From the human T2T-CHM13v2.0 reference genome, Homo sapiens, in NCBI RefSeq assembly GCF_009914755.1, contig NC_060931.1: a stretch of DNA of 64,000 bases, one strand, 5' to 3'. The translations under genes were made by a program, and so were the position numbers. The notes beneath the pieces were generated by a model that searched no databases, was not told the DNA's origin, and saw only the letters and a list, made by a program, of their open reading frames with translations. Shown here one piece after another: positions 44,469 to 55,677 of this stretch (positions are counted from its first letter, which is position 1; each line of letters opens with the position of its first letter).

Positions 44469-45003
44469 CCATGCAAATGGACCCCAAAAGTGAACAGGAG
44501 TAGCTATTTTTATATCAGACAAAACAAACTTTAAGGGAACAGTGGTTAAAAAAGACAAAGAGGGAAATTATGTAATGGTAAAAGGCCTTGTCCAACAGGA
44601 AAATATCACAATCCTAAACATATATGCACCTAACCCTGGAGTTCCCAAATTTATAAAACAATTACTAATAGACCTAAGAAATGAGATAGCAACACAATAA
44701 TAGTGGGGGACTTCAACACTCCACTGACAGCACTAGACAGGTCATCAAGACAGAAAGTCAACAAAGAAACAGTGGATTTACACTATACCCTGGAACAAAT
44801 GGACTTAGCAGATATATACAGAACATTCTACCCAACAACCATGGAATATACATTCTATCAACAGCACAAGGAGCTTTCTCCAAGAAAGACCATTTGATAG
44901 GCCACAAAACAAGCCCCAATATATTTGAGAAAATTGAAATTATATCAAGCATTTTCTCAGACCACAGTGGAATAAAACCAGAAATCAACCCCATAAGGAA
45001 TCT
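44469..45003 (+). mobile_element. Internal L1PB-like ORF2 endonuclease fragment (no tail)
   Basis: GVAIFISDKTNFK..VKKDKEGNYVMVKG..LNIYAPNPG..GDFNTPLTALDRSSRQKVNKET..FSDHSGIK. Confidence 0.9.
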
Positions 45004-45179
45004 CCCTTGCACCAAGTCTCTTTTTTCCCTCACTGCTTCCAGAGCCATCGCTCTAAAATATGTATCATTTCACTTATTTGCTCAGGGCTTCAGTGGCTGC
45101 CCAGAACATGCAGGATTATGCTGAAATTCCTTGGCATGTCCCCCACTTCATTATTGGCCTACTTTTCGTTTTTTTCTTT

Positions 45180-45255
45180 TTTTTTTTTGAGTTTTATTGA
45201 AGTATGACTGACAAATAAAAATATTATCTATTCAAGGTGTACAATGTGCTATTTG

Positions 45256-45307
<52 letters not shown>

Positions 45308-45390
45308 GTGGCCAGATACAGAAAAATAAATACTGCACGATCTCACTTACATGTGGAATCTAAAAAAGTCAAACTTACAGAAACAAAGAG
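45180..45390 (-). mobile_element. L1MA-like 3' end with inverted 3' UTR piece and internal (AT)n
   Basis: Antisense TTTATTGAAGTATGACTGACAAATAAAA.. then sense GCCAGATACAGAAAAATAAATACTGCACGATCTCACTTACATGTGGAATCTAAAAAAGTC. Confidence 0.7.
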
Positions 45391-46440
45391 AAGGCTGATT
45401 TTCCAATTTTATAACCTGCCTAGTGTTTTCTCTTGAGCTCTAGCTATGAGGAACTATCAACTAATTCGCTTCCTGAATGTGTTGTGCCCTTCTGCGTGGG
45501 TGTTCAATTCCACTTGCTTTTTCTGCTTTTTGCAATGCTATTTCTTCTTTGCTTTTTTGCTGAAGTTCTTTTTGCTTTTTTGCTTTTAAGGCACCCCAAA
45601 TATGGCATTTCCCTTTTACTTCTCACTGGGCATATAACAGTACGGAAGACAGCCGATAATTTAGTGGATGATATATGCATCAAACAAACCATCATCAATC
45701 ATTATTTTCATTATTTTAAGGACTTTGGAGGGGGGAGTGTCCAACAGGTGGAACATACCTGAAATGATGAAAGTGAGGCTACTTCTCTGAAGAAGTGCTA
45801 TTTAAGGCAAAATGTAAAGGCTATATAGGAGTTCTCCATGCAGAGAGTGGGCAAAATGGCCTTCTGGCAAAGGAAATAGTGTATATGAAGACCCCAAGAG
45901 AGGAAGAAGCTTCCTTTCCTGGACTCATGTGGTATCTTGAACATGTACATAGGTGAAAGCCTTGTATCGCTATAATAATTTTCTGGCTGTGGGTCTTTTA
46001 AGTGCAGAATGTAGGTAAGTCCTATTCATACTCATATTCCCAGAATCCTGCACAGTACTCATGCACACACAAAATTGGCACTTACTTTAATGTTTGTGAA
46101 TAATGGATTTAATGAAATAATGACTTGGATAGATGGATGAATAGATGGGTTCAATGTGTTTAAAAGATGCTGTAAATGGGTATCATGAAGTTAACAAACA
46201 AAACCAAGGTGATGAGTATCAGCAGAAGTAAATGACACAATCCACCAGATGAACCAGGGTCATATTCAGGGTCAAGAATGCAGGTAGAAATCTTGACATT
46301 GGCAAATCCATGCAAGGATTGAGTCAAGAATCAGGAAACTTTCTTGCAGGAAACTGAGTCTAGGAATAACACTGAAACTAAATCTTCTTTAGATTGTTGG
46401 TCTATACAATAGAACAATCAGAGAATATAATTAGACTGGA

Positions 46441-46975
<535 letters not shown>

Positions 46976-46999
46976 AACATCAGCTGCTTGCTCAATGGT

Positions 47000-47205
47000 A
47001 TTATTGAGTGCTACTAAGTATTAGGCACTGTTCTAAATTCTTCACATGTTAACTCATTTAGACCTTGTAACAATCCTGTGAAGTAGGGGTTATTATTATC
47101 TCCATTTGATGGAAGAGAAACTCCAGGCACAGAAAAGTTAAATTATTTCCCTAGGAACGTACTGCCAATGAGCTGTGGCCTTAGCCACTGTGCTATACTG
47201 CCTCT
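47000..47205 (+). mobile_element. MIR
   Basis: TTATTGAGTGCT..AGGCACTGTTCTAA..AACAATCCTGTGAAGTAGG..AGGCACAGAAAAGTTAA. Confidence 0.7.
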
Positions 47206-49889
47206 ATATAGAAGCATCCTGTTTTTTGTTGTTGTTGTTGTTGAATGGGTATAACAGGTGGGAACCTCTTAGAGAGATGAAAGTCACACCATCACTCTCT
47301 TAAATATAAGCTGAAGACTGGATGGCTCATATATTCTTGCTGCTCTCCCAGAGGTTAATCTGAAAATTCTTGGGAAGACATAAATAGAATTTAATGACCA
47401 TTTGTTTCTTTATCCAGGACTGATAGCCATGCATGTAAGATATCATTTACTTCTTGCTTAACACACCTTCACAAAGAGAATTGTGTTATTTTCCTAACTC
47501 AGTAAGGTATAAGCTATAGTCAGGCATAGTGGCTTTCCATCCAATTAAATATATGTTAAAGGAGTCGAAGCTGGGAATTTTTAACATTGAGTAAATCAGT
47601 GAAGACAGCATAGGTTGCAAGTCTTCAAGAATTTTACCAAATTTTCTCTTGTGATAATATGAACCTGTCTAGAGAAAATCTAAAGATTTGGACTGGGAGT
47701 TAATACTAGCAGTCATGATTATAATCATATTATACATTTTTGTAGATCTTAGGACTTGATAAAAAAGATTTAATAAGTGGTACATAATCTGGAGTATCCA
47801 TTTTTTTTGGAGAGAAAATAAAGGAGAGATAGCTTACATCTCACAAATACTTCAAGGTCATCATTTCTCCCTGTCTTGCTAGAACAGGAAAATAAGGGAC
47901 AAGACAAATAGCTGCCAGAGCTCTGATTGTCTCCTGCTCTATTGGAAACAGGACATGAAGGCTAAGCTGACATTGATAGAGACATGTTTTGACGTGTTGG
48001 CACAGTATAATAGTGATCATTGCCACAGCCGGGATGTGTTCTTGTACAATCTTTCTTGTAACAGGAACATTAGCTTCTACTGGCAGAATCTTTTCTTCCT
48101 TTGATGCGTGTCTTGTTATGTGACTCTTTCAGCTGGGTCAAGTGGTCCCCTGGTTCCTCTGTAGATGGAGGTGAGAAGGAGACAGCCATCTGTTTGGATG
48201 GCTTGGAGATTCACCTGCCTGAAGGGAGGGAGTTTGGAACAGATGATGGCTTTCAGACTTGGGTCCAGGATCCCCGCCTAGAGTGACTGATCAGGTCTGT
48301 AATGCCAAGGGTCATTTCTTCTGCATATTTTGGACAGCAGCTATTGAACTGCTGGGCTCCCAGTCACTTCTACCTAATTGGGGAAAGGGGGCCACCTGCT
48401 CAGTATCCCCAAAATAGCACCAGTCTCCACCTTTCCCTCTTAGTCTCACCATCCCTCTGAGTCTTCGGGCTCACAGCCTACACTGCCACAGAGGTTCAAG
48501 TCTGTAGGCTTCCACATGGCTAATGTGATTTTATTGCTAAGTCCAGGAGGAGTACTTGCAGAGCATGATACATGTGTCATCTGAGGGATTCAGAGTTATT
48601 CAAAAATACTTCATATTATGAGTAGGAAATTTAAACAACTTTATTGAAAAATGGGCCATATCATACACTTTTCAGAGATTCTTCTGTGTGACTATAGAAT
48701 GGCACCATGAGAGCATCACCTGTTTTCTGTTTATGCTATTTACCATGTCAGGTTATTTTTTACTGCCATATATATTTAATTTTGACAGTGAACAGATATA
48801 CTAAAAATAGAATTACAGCGTATCATTTTAATTACGGCCATTTCAGTTGCTCATCAACATAACAATGAAAAATGGAAGGGTTACCACAACATTGCTGAAT
48901 CGCCATCTCTTAATAGCTTTCTGTGAGTGTAGCATGTACTACCAGATAATTATGAAGATTAACTCTTGCAGATAGGGTGCCTGTACCTATTTTTAATAAT
49001 TTGTATGCACTGAGGAAGGATAAAGAGTTGGAAATACAAGAATCTTAATCTTAATTATTTTACCCCATCTACCCTTTTATCCGTATTGAACTGTTGGGTA
49101 TTTAGTTTGCTTTTTTTACTTTTCCCTTTTCCTTAATTTTTTGTTATGGTGGAGGAGAGACTGGGGATAGCAAAGAAAGGAAGCAATTAAATTTCTGTAA
49201 GAGTCACAGACAACCCTCTTTAGAACAAAGTAAAGTCCATAAGAATGAGTTTCCATATCTCTAAAACTCCACATAGCTTATTTAATACTGCACAGAAGGC
49301 GGGTTATTGATCTGTGTGTAGAGTTGTTGGCAGAGAGGGAGAGTAGTATATTCCAGGAGCTTCTCTCAGTCTGCAGCATTACTCTAAGCAGGAAAAGACC
49401 CATGATTCCCTGTAGTGTCTTCAGCTGCCTCTATTAATCCATTGTCAAAATCATGGCAACAGGACACAAGGCAAATAGCAGTTTTGTATCATCTTGCTTA
49501 TGAATATGATCATGAGTAAGTGCTAGTAGTCTCCCCTTATGCAACTGGGTTTTATAAGCAATAGACCAGATGTATATGCCCTTACATTATAAATGTACCT
49601 TTAAAAGTCTGATGTCTAAATCATGATAAGGAATCATTTCCAATGTATAAAACTTAAAATTTCCAGAACAGAGAGCAATATTTATTTCTACCAGCTTTCT
49701 CTCCATTAAATAATTGTTTCAATATCAGGATGTGATTGGAGCTTGAAGAAGCTTCTCTTGGGATATCTAAGAATGGAATCCATTTTGATTAAATTTACTG
49801 GTAATTGAGTCAGTATGTAAATGGCATCAAATAACCAACTGGTCAATCTCCTTGAATGAATCAACTAGCCAAAGTCTAAGTAACAATGG

Positions 49890-51690
49890 CTTAGGAACAG
49901 ATCCAGATTGTGTGGGGTCTGAGGCTGTTATGATTTGGGGGCTTTCTCTGAGAAAAAGAATACATAGTTGCATATGCTACATTTGGTATGAAAATGAATA
50001 TTTATTTAGAATGAGAAATCACAAGTTATGCATTAAAAAGTATACAGATATGAAATCATCACAAAATCCTGAAAAATAACAAAATATTTTTATTAACTTT
50101 CTGATATACTTTTGTAATTGCTACATTTTTAGTTGCTTCTTCAAATGACAAAAAATTTTAAATATAATTTTCAATGGAGATAATAGATAATAGTCTTTCC
50201 TTTATCATGTGGATTCAAAATTGATTTATGTTACTGATGGTTTGGCAACATTTATTTCAGCTTAGCAACCATCTATTGGTAATGTTATGCAAATGTTTAG
50301 GATTCTTGTCAAACTGCAAGAAATCTCTTTAAACTTTGCTTTATATATAAACTTTATATTGTAGGCATTTTAAGTTATCTTAGGCAGTATCTATTCTGAA
50401 ATGTTATTTGATCTGACAACACTCATTAAACAGTGTGGTCGACATTCTCATGCAAATTTTGTTTTTCTTTACTAAGACATTAATCTGCCTTTTACTTTTT
50501 TATTTTTGGTTTGGAACAGTCCTGGTGTAATTCCTTTTCTCATGTTCATGATACTGATCTGCAAGCTTTAGTTTCCATTGTGATATAATAAGAATTTTGG
50601 TGATACTGAAACTTCTGCCAATCTTCTCTTTCGGTTTACATTTTGGCTTTTTTCTTCTTCTCACATTCGAATGTTAGTATTATCCATAATTCTGAAAAAT
50701 TAAAATGAATCTGAAATTAACGCATAAACAAGAGAAGTTCAGTGCATCTAAAATTGCTGCTATATTTTGTTCAGCTAAAAGTGTTGTAATCAAATTAATC
50801 TTATACTACACACAATGACTTATTAATGAATATTTTTCACTTGTTTATTCAGTCTATTTCACTGCATTGGTAATAATATTGTGTGTTATTTCATCTAGAA
50901 CCACTAGACTTTATCAGAACAACATGTGTTGGATATTCTAGGATACAATCCACTGTCCTGGGATGCATAAAATATGTAACAGCTATAGATTTGTGACTTA
51001 CAAATACAAAAATTCTGGTAAATATCACATAAAGAAAGGATTCTCATACAAATGGGGAAAATATGTGGTGCATTTATATTTGTGTATGTTGCATAATCAC
51101 GTGCATTCCTGACAGGAGGAAACTTCAATTTTGATCATGCATCAGTGAGAACAGAATCTTCTATGCAAAATGTTACACAAATTAGCTCTTGGCTTCCTAC
51201 ATTTCAAACCTTATTTCCCCTTCACAATCCACATAGTTTTGGTGCTGGATAAACTCTAGACCATGTTAACATCACAGTATAACTTCTGGCCAGGCATTTC
51301 TGATAAAAATCCCAGGTAAGTTGACAGGGTGGGCTGTAGAAACATTTCTGGAAGTCATTCCTACACTGAATGGCTGGTCACAACTTAATAGAAATGCCTG
51401 GAAGCTACAGACACATGTCCTGTTAAACCCCAACTCAGTATATCCCCAGCTCAGCTTCTTGTTAGCCTAAAACGCAAATGATTCATGATTGCACCAAAGT
51501 TACCCTACATAGGAGAAAATGTGACAGAGGAAATCAGAGCATAAAGAGACGGCAGTCTAAACCACTGTAGTTTAACTGTCTTTCATTTGGAAATTTACAA
51601 AATTATATGATAGTATCAAGCATGGCTAGATCTCCTTATGGGGAACTGTAAGGTGCAAGACCCATGAAGCTCATAGTACACCTTGCTCTG
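49890..51690 (-). mobile_element. Zaphod/MER115-like hAT-Tip100 transposon with transposase remnants
   Basis: Left end CAGATCCAGATTGTGTGGGGTCTGAGGCT..TTTGGGGG..GAATATTTATTTAGAATGAG; - strand hAT C-terminal remnant (LTRILNICITLP..ERL..SIISIEN..LSFEEA) near 50130-50320. Confidence 0.7.
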
Positions 51691-51831
51691 GGGGTAGATC
51701 TCTCTCTTTCTCTCTCTCTATTTCTTTCTTTCTTTCCTTTTCCCCTCTTAAGTTCACTTTGCAATGGCCAGGGAGTGATTTCATCCCTTCAATGTGAGAG
51801 ACAACACAAACTTATTTTGAGACAGGAAGGC

Positions 51832-52249
51832 TGTTGGGGTGATCAGACCAAACACCAGGTTGTGGGGGCGATGAAGTCTGGTGGAGTCAAAGGATTGAGA
51901 AAAAGACATTTTGAGAGAGAAAAGTGGGACCAGGGGGCCATCGCAATTGTGGAGGCTGTGAAGGCCCCGAGCTCTGGGAGCCCACGCTATTTATTGGTAG
52001 TCCAGCAGAGAAACAGATGGTGAGAATGTGGAGGTCAAAAAGGGCAGGCACATGATCTACAGCTGTGATGGTTTAGCATTTATAAGGAACATGTTCTGCT
52101 ACTTGAGATAATGGGAATACAATTGATGTAGGAGTCTAGGAGGGCCAGAAGCAAGGAGCCAGCAAGTCTAGACACATTCCAGAGGACATTATGTCAGACA
52201 TGCAAGCCCTGGCTCAGTATTTTTCCCAACACTCAGCTTTTCCCCAACA
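51832..52249 (-). repeat. 3' LTR (LTR14 family-like)
   Basis: Direct repeat of 55678-56104; on - strand TATAAA and AATAAA present; preceded by the PPT. Confidence 0.93.
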
Positions 52250-52268
52250 TGCACCCTTTCTCTTTTTT
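52250..52268 (-). promoter_or_regulatory. Polypurine tract
   Basis: - strand AAAAAAGAGAAAGGGTGCA directly before the 3' LTR TGTTGGGG. Confidence 0.85.
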
Positions 52269-52734
52269 GTAAAAGAGAAGGTATCATTATTACTAGCTAT
52301 CATTATTACTAGCATAAAAGGTGGCCTTTTAATTGAGCAAGGCAATTGCAGGCTGTGCAGCCGTTAATTGCCAGTTGGTGATCCAGATTCATTTTTCTTA
52401 GCCCTTATGCAAACTGGAGTTGCTCTGGTTTGAATGCTTCCCACATACCTCCCCTTTCCCTTTTACAAGAGGACCCTTAATCCTAGGGTTGCAGAAGGAT
52501 GAAGGTCCATCTTCTGTAACTTCTTCATGCTGAATAGAGGTGATGATATTCCTGCCTAACTATTAGGGTCTCCTGTATTCAGGGTAGACAGAAGCTGAGT
52601 CAGAATGCATTGGTCCATTAAGCATCATGACTCCAGTCGGTCCTCGTTCCATCTTTGCATTCAGATTCAACTGGCTCACGGCTTGTACTGGGGGAACCCG
52701 GTCCATAGTTGGGATCCATGGCTCCCTCCAGTCT

Positions 52735-52832
52735 CCCGTTCCATGTCGTACACATCTTGAGGACATCCACATGATTCATTTGTCTCCTGCAAAAACACAA
52801 GCATACCCTCACCCCCACGTTAGTAAATCTAC
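52735..52832 (-). pseudogene. Second integrase C-terminal remnant with env-type splice acceptor
   Basis: VDLLTWG*GYACVFAGD..WMSSRCVR; TACTAAC branch point and TGTGTTTTTGCAG|G. Confidence 0.7.
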
Positions 52833-52980
52833 TGAAACAGAAGCAAAAACTTTTGTGGCTGTAGCCGGGAGGGTACTGATATTGAAAAACAGGCCCCTTC
52901 TAACAGAAGACACAGGAAAACAAATCGAGGCTTTTCAAACCTTCAATTTGTACTGTACAGGTGGGTCCACTAGATGCTGT

Positions 52981-53234
52981 GGCTCATGATAGATCTTCAG
53001 ATGTTTGGTGGGCACCCACACAGGCACCTGATCATCACCTGGAGAGACACAAGCAAATCCTCTTCCACATATAATTATCTTTCCTTTTTTCCAGCTCTTT
53101 GTATGTGACCATATCTTTTTCTAAGGCCTGCGGCATTTAGATGAGTTAAAGAATGTAATGTTTGTGCATCAGCAAAGGTGCAGACACCAAAGCATCTGCC
53201 CTTTGATTAAGTTTAGTTAAAGGACCAAAAGGTC
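52981..53234 (-). pseudogene. pol: pol remnant: RNase H end/integrase N-terminus fused to integrase C-terminus
   Basis: [36 protein letters not shown] then [41 protein letters not shown] (cf. HML-2 [30 protein letters not shown]). Confidence 0.85.
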
Positions 53235-53493
53235 CTGTTGGAGAGAAAAGAAAGAGCATTTTTATCCCTACCTCCCTCCCCTCTATTCCTTTTATATTTG
53301 CTCTTTGAGCCATAGCTAATTTCCGTAATTCAGAATGTTCTTATCTGTCTCTGCAAATCTCTGGTAGTCTTTGCTAGTCTCTACTTTTGTATCTCTTTAG
53401 GGCACTGATCAGTACTTCTCTAGGGCACTGACCTTATATTGCTAGTATTCATCTATCCCTATCTGTCCCTGTGGTACCTGTTAGTTCCTGCAA

Positions 53494-53707
53494 GTCTCTA
53501 TCTCTCTATTTGTCTCTATCTCTCTATTTAAATAATCTCTATCTTTCTATTTATCTCTATCTCTCTATATCTTTATCTCTATCTCTATGTATCTCTATTT
53601 ATATCTATGTCTATTTATCTCTATCTCTCTATCTCCATCTCTATCTCTATCTCTATCCATTTATCTCTATCTCTCTATCTCTATCTATCTCTATCTCCCT
53701 TATCTCT
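53494..53707. repeat. (TCTATC)n-type degenerate hexamer repeat inside the provirus
   Basis: Read directly; purine-rich AGAGAT repeats on the viral strand. Confidence 0.92.
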
Positions 53708-53831
53708 GCTTACTTAGTTCTACTTACTTAGCTCTACTTACTTACTTAGCTCTACTTACTTACTTAGCTCTACTTATTTACTTAACTCTACTTATTTACT
53801 TAACTCTACTTTCTTACTTAGGTCTACTTAC
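53708..53831. repeat. ~18-bp tandem repeat (TACTTAGCTCTACTTACT)n
   Basis: About 7 units; reads YLALLT repeats on + strand and AAGTAAGTAGAGCT on - strand. Confidence 0.92.
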
Positions 53832-53832
53832 T

Positions 53833-54297
53833 TTCCTGGAAACCTTTTTTATGACCCTGGGTAGAGCTCAGAAATCCACTCTTTAAGCTTTGGTAAGAGA
53901 CAAAACAGGGACCCCGGACCCGGCACCAGATTGAAGGAAACAGGAAGTGTTCTCCCCTCCCCAAAACAGGAAAACCAGAGTTTGGCCCTTGCAAATTTCC
54001 ACTCCACATCAGCGTCATCCTCAATTTCCTGGAATGAATTGTTGATCGTAGCAATTAACATATTTAGCAAAACAATGACCGTTGTAACATTATAGACTCC
54101 ATAAAGAACACAACCAATGTTTTCAATGAATTTGTGGTTATAGTTGATGACCACTGATTTTACTTCAGAAAGTCCAAATATAGCCCAGAACAGTGTCTTA
54201 AAACTCTGTTGTGAAGGTTTCATTTTGTTTTACACCAAGGTAGTAGGAGTAGAGGTTGAACATTCCCATCATAAAGGCCACAAACACCACAATGAAC
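53833..54297 (-). pseudogene. TRPC6: Captured, intronless TRPC6 mRNA fragment (S5 end, pore helix LFW, S6, TRP box EWKFAR)
   Basis: [30 protein letters not shown] / [100 protein letters not shown] / QGHKKGFQE matches recalled TRPC6 rather than TRPC3/7 in the C-terminal part; two frameshifts. Confidence 0.93.
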
Positions 54298-54394
54298 ACA
54301 TTCAGCGCATATCATGCCTGTGTGCTCATTAAATCTGTTTTTCTCTAGCAGAGGCAGGTTAACCATGAAACTGAAGCTTCAAGATAACTTTACT

Positions 54395-54484
54395 TGCCCT
54401 ATGAAAAGCAGCCCATGATTTATTTTTTCTGGGGACTACTGCCAACCAGGCCTGTGTGTCAATCTGTAAGCATCCAACAGCAGG
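54395..54484 (-). pseudogene. Possible env SU remnant
   Basis: PAVGCLQIDTQAWLAVVP resembles HML-2 Env APGCLMPAVQNWLVEVP. Confidence 0.5.
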
Positions 54485-54935
54485 TCTACTGTACAAATAG
54501 GTCTTTTGTCAAACACTTATTAACCCAATATACAGCCCTTCCTGTTGGATTAGTACTACCAAAGCCTCCTGTTCTTTTCACAGTGCTGCTTCCCAGCTTT
54601 ATGTCAACAACTGAGCAATTCTTTCTCCTAGGGAAGCAGACCATGGAGTAGAGGAACTAATAATGAATTGAATTTCTCCGGTATAATCAGAGTCAATTAT
54701 TTCCATATGTACAGTGACACCTTTCAAATTTAGACTACACCTTCCTAGTAATAGACCAACTGTTCCTGAGGGTAAGGGTCCCCTGACTCCCATAGGGACC
54801 GTTTTTGGTGGCTCCCCAGGAAGTAAGGGTATGGGAATTGTGTGCAAAAGTCTACAGCAACACTGCCTGCTGTGGTGGGGGACAATTGTTGTACGTTTGT
54901 AAGGGCACTGGCTGTGCCAGAAATGCCTGAGTTTA
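54485..54935 (-). pseudogene. pro: dUTPase-pro N-terminal remnant
   Basis: VQQLSPTTAGSVAVD..LLPGEPPKTVPMGVRGPLPSGTVGLLLGR.SLNLKGVTVH..IIDSDYTGEIQ..RTGGFGSTNP..AVYWVN. Confidence 0.9.
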
Positions 54936-54984
54936 TTGAGGTGCTCTCTGAATAAACAAGCCTCAGATTCCACTGGGTCTTAGT

Positions 54985-55528
54985 ACTACCAATTGCTCCA
55001 GGTTTTAATGTTGTAACTACAGGAGTGGTAAGTTTTGTAGCTAATTCATTTTCTCGCCCATTAAGGGGAGAGAGAGGAGGTGGCCATTCACTTAATCCAG
55101 CAGTTGGAGCTGAGGGGATAGTAAAACATACTTTTTTGTTTCCCTTTTTTTTCTTTAATTTCCTCCAGTTTCTGTTCCTCACATTCAGAATCTGAAGTTA
55201 GTTTTTTACACTTGTCCTCCACTTCCTCATCTGAATCTGCCTCATCATCTGTTTGAAATGGCTCAAGAGCTGCTTTTATTAGCGCCCACATGGACCAAAC
55301 TGAGACTGGAATTTTTGCTCCATCCTTATATGCTTTTTAAAAATCTCTGCCAATTCTCTCCCATTCATCCAACTCCATAGTCCCTTGTTCTGGGAACCAT
55401 GGGCAAAACTGCTTTACTGCACTAAAGAGTGATAACAAATTCTGAGTACTAACTTTCACTCCCCTTATTCGTAATAAATGCCTTAAGAAATTTAAATAAG
55501 CAGAATGTCTGCTTTCACTTTGTCCCAT
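54985..55528 (-). pseudogene. gag: gag matrix/phosphoprotein remnant (CA and NC deleted)
   Basis: MGQSESRHSAYLNFLRHLLRIRGVKVSTQNL..FCPWFPEQGTMELDEW.RIG; WALIKAALEPFQTDDE; PSAP late-domain motif. Confidence 0.92.
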
Positions 55529-55655
55529 TGTTACCCTGGTTCTTCTGAGAGCTCATCTTTCCCGCTGAGCTTCTTTTAGATGTCCTTGGGTGTCCTTTGA
55601 TGAAGGATCCTCTGCTTTCACACGCTCTAGTGTTCCTTTACTGGGGTCTTTGTCT

Positions 55656-55673
55656 CCTCACTTTGGGCGGCCA
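55656..55673 (-). promoter_or_regulatory. Primer-binding site, tRNA-Lys type
   Basis: TGGCCGCCCAAAGTGAGG versus HERV-K PBS TGGCGCCCAACGTGGGG, 4 nt after the 5' LTR. Confidence 0.8.
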
Positions 55674-55677
55674 GGAA

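Noticed and set aside
47841-48300. Unique-looking sequence with short ORFs as a possible exon
   Set aside because: Stops in the frames examined and no recognisable protein.
53471-53886. + strand ORFs rich in YL/SL and YLALLT repeats; repeat array as CRISPR-like
   Set aside because: Translations of simple tandem repeats; no unique spacers, and the context is eukaryotic.
53833-54297. Part of the functional TRPC6, TRPC3 or TRPC7 gene, or an L1-made processed pseudogene
   Set aside because: Intronless internal fragment with frameshifts, no poly(A) or TSD, located inside a provirus.
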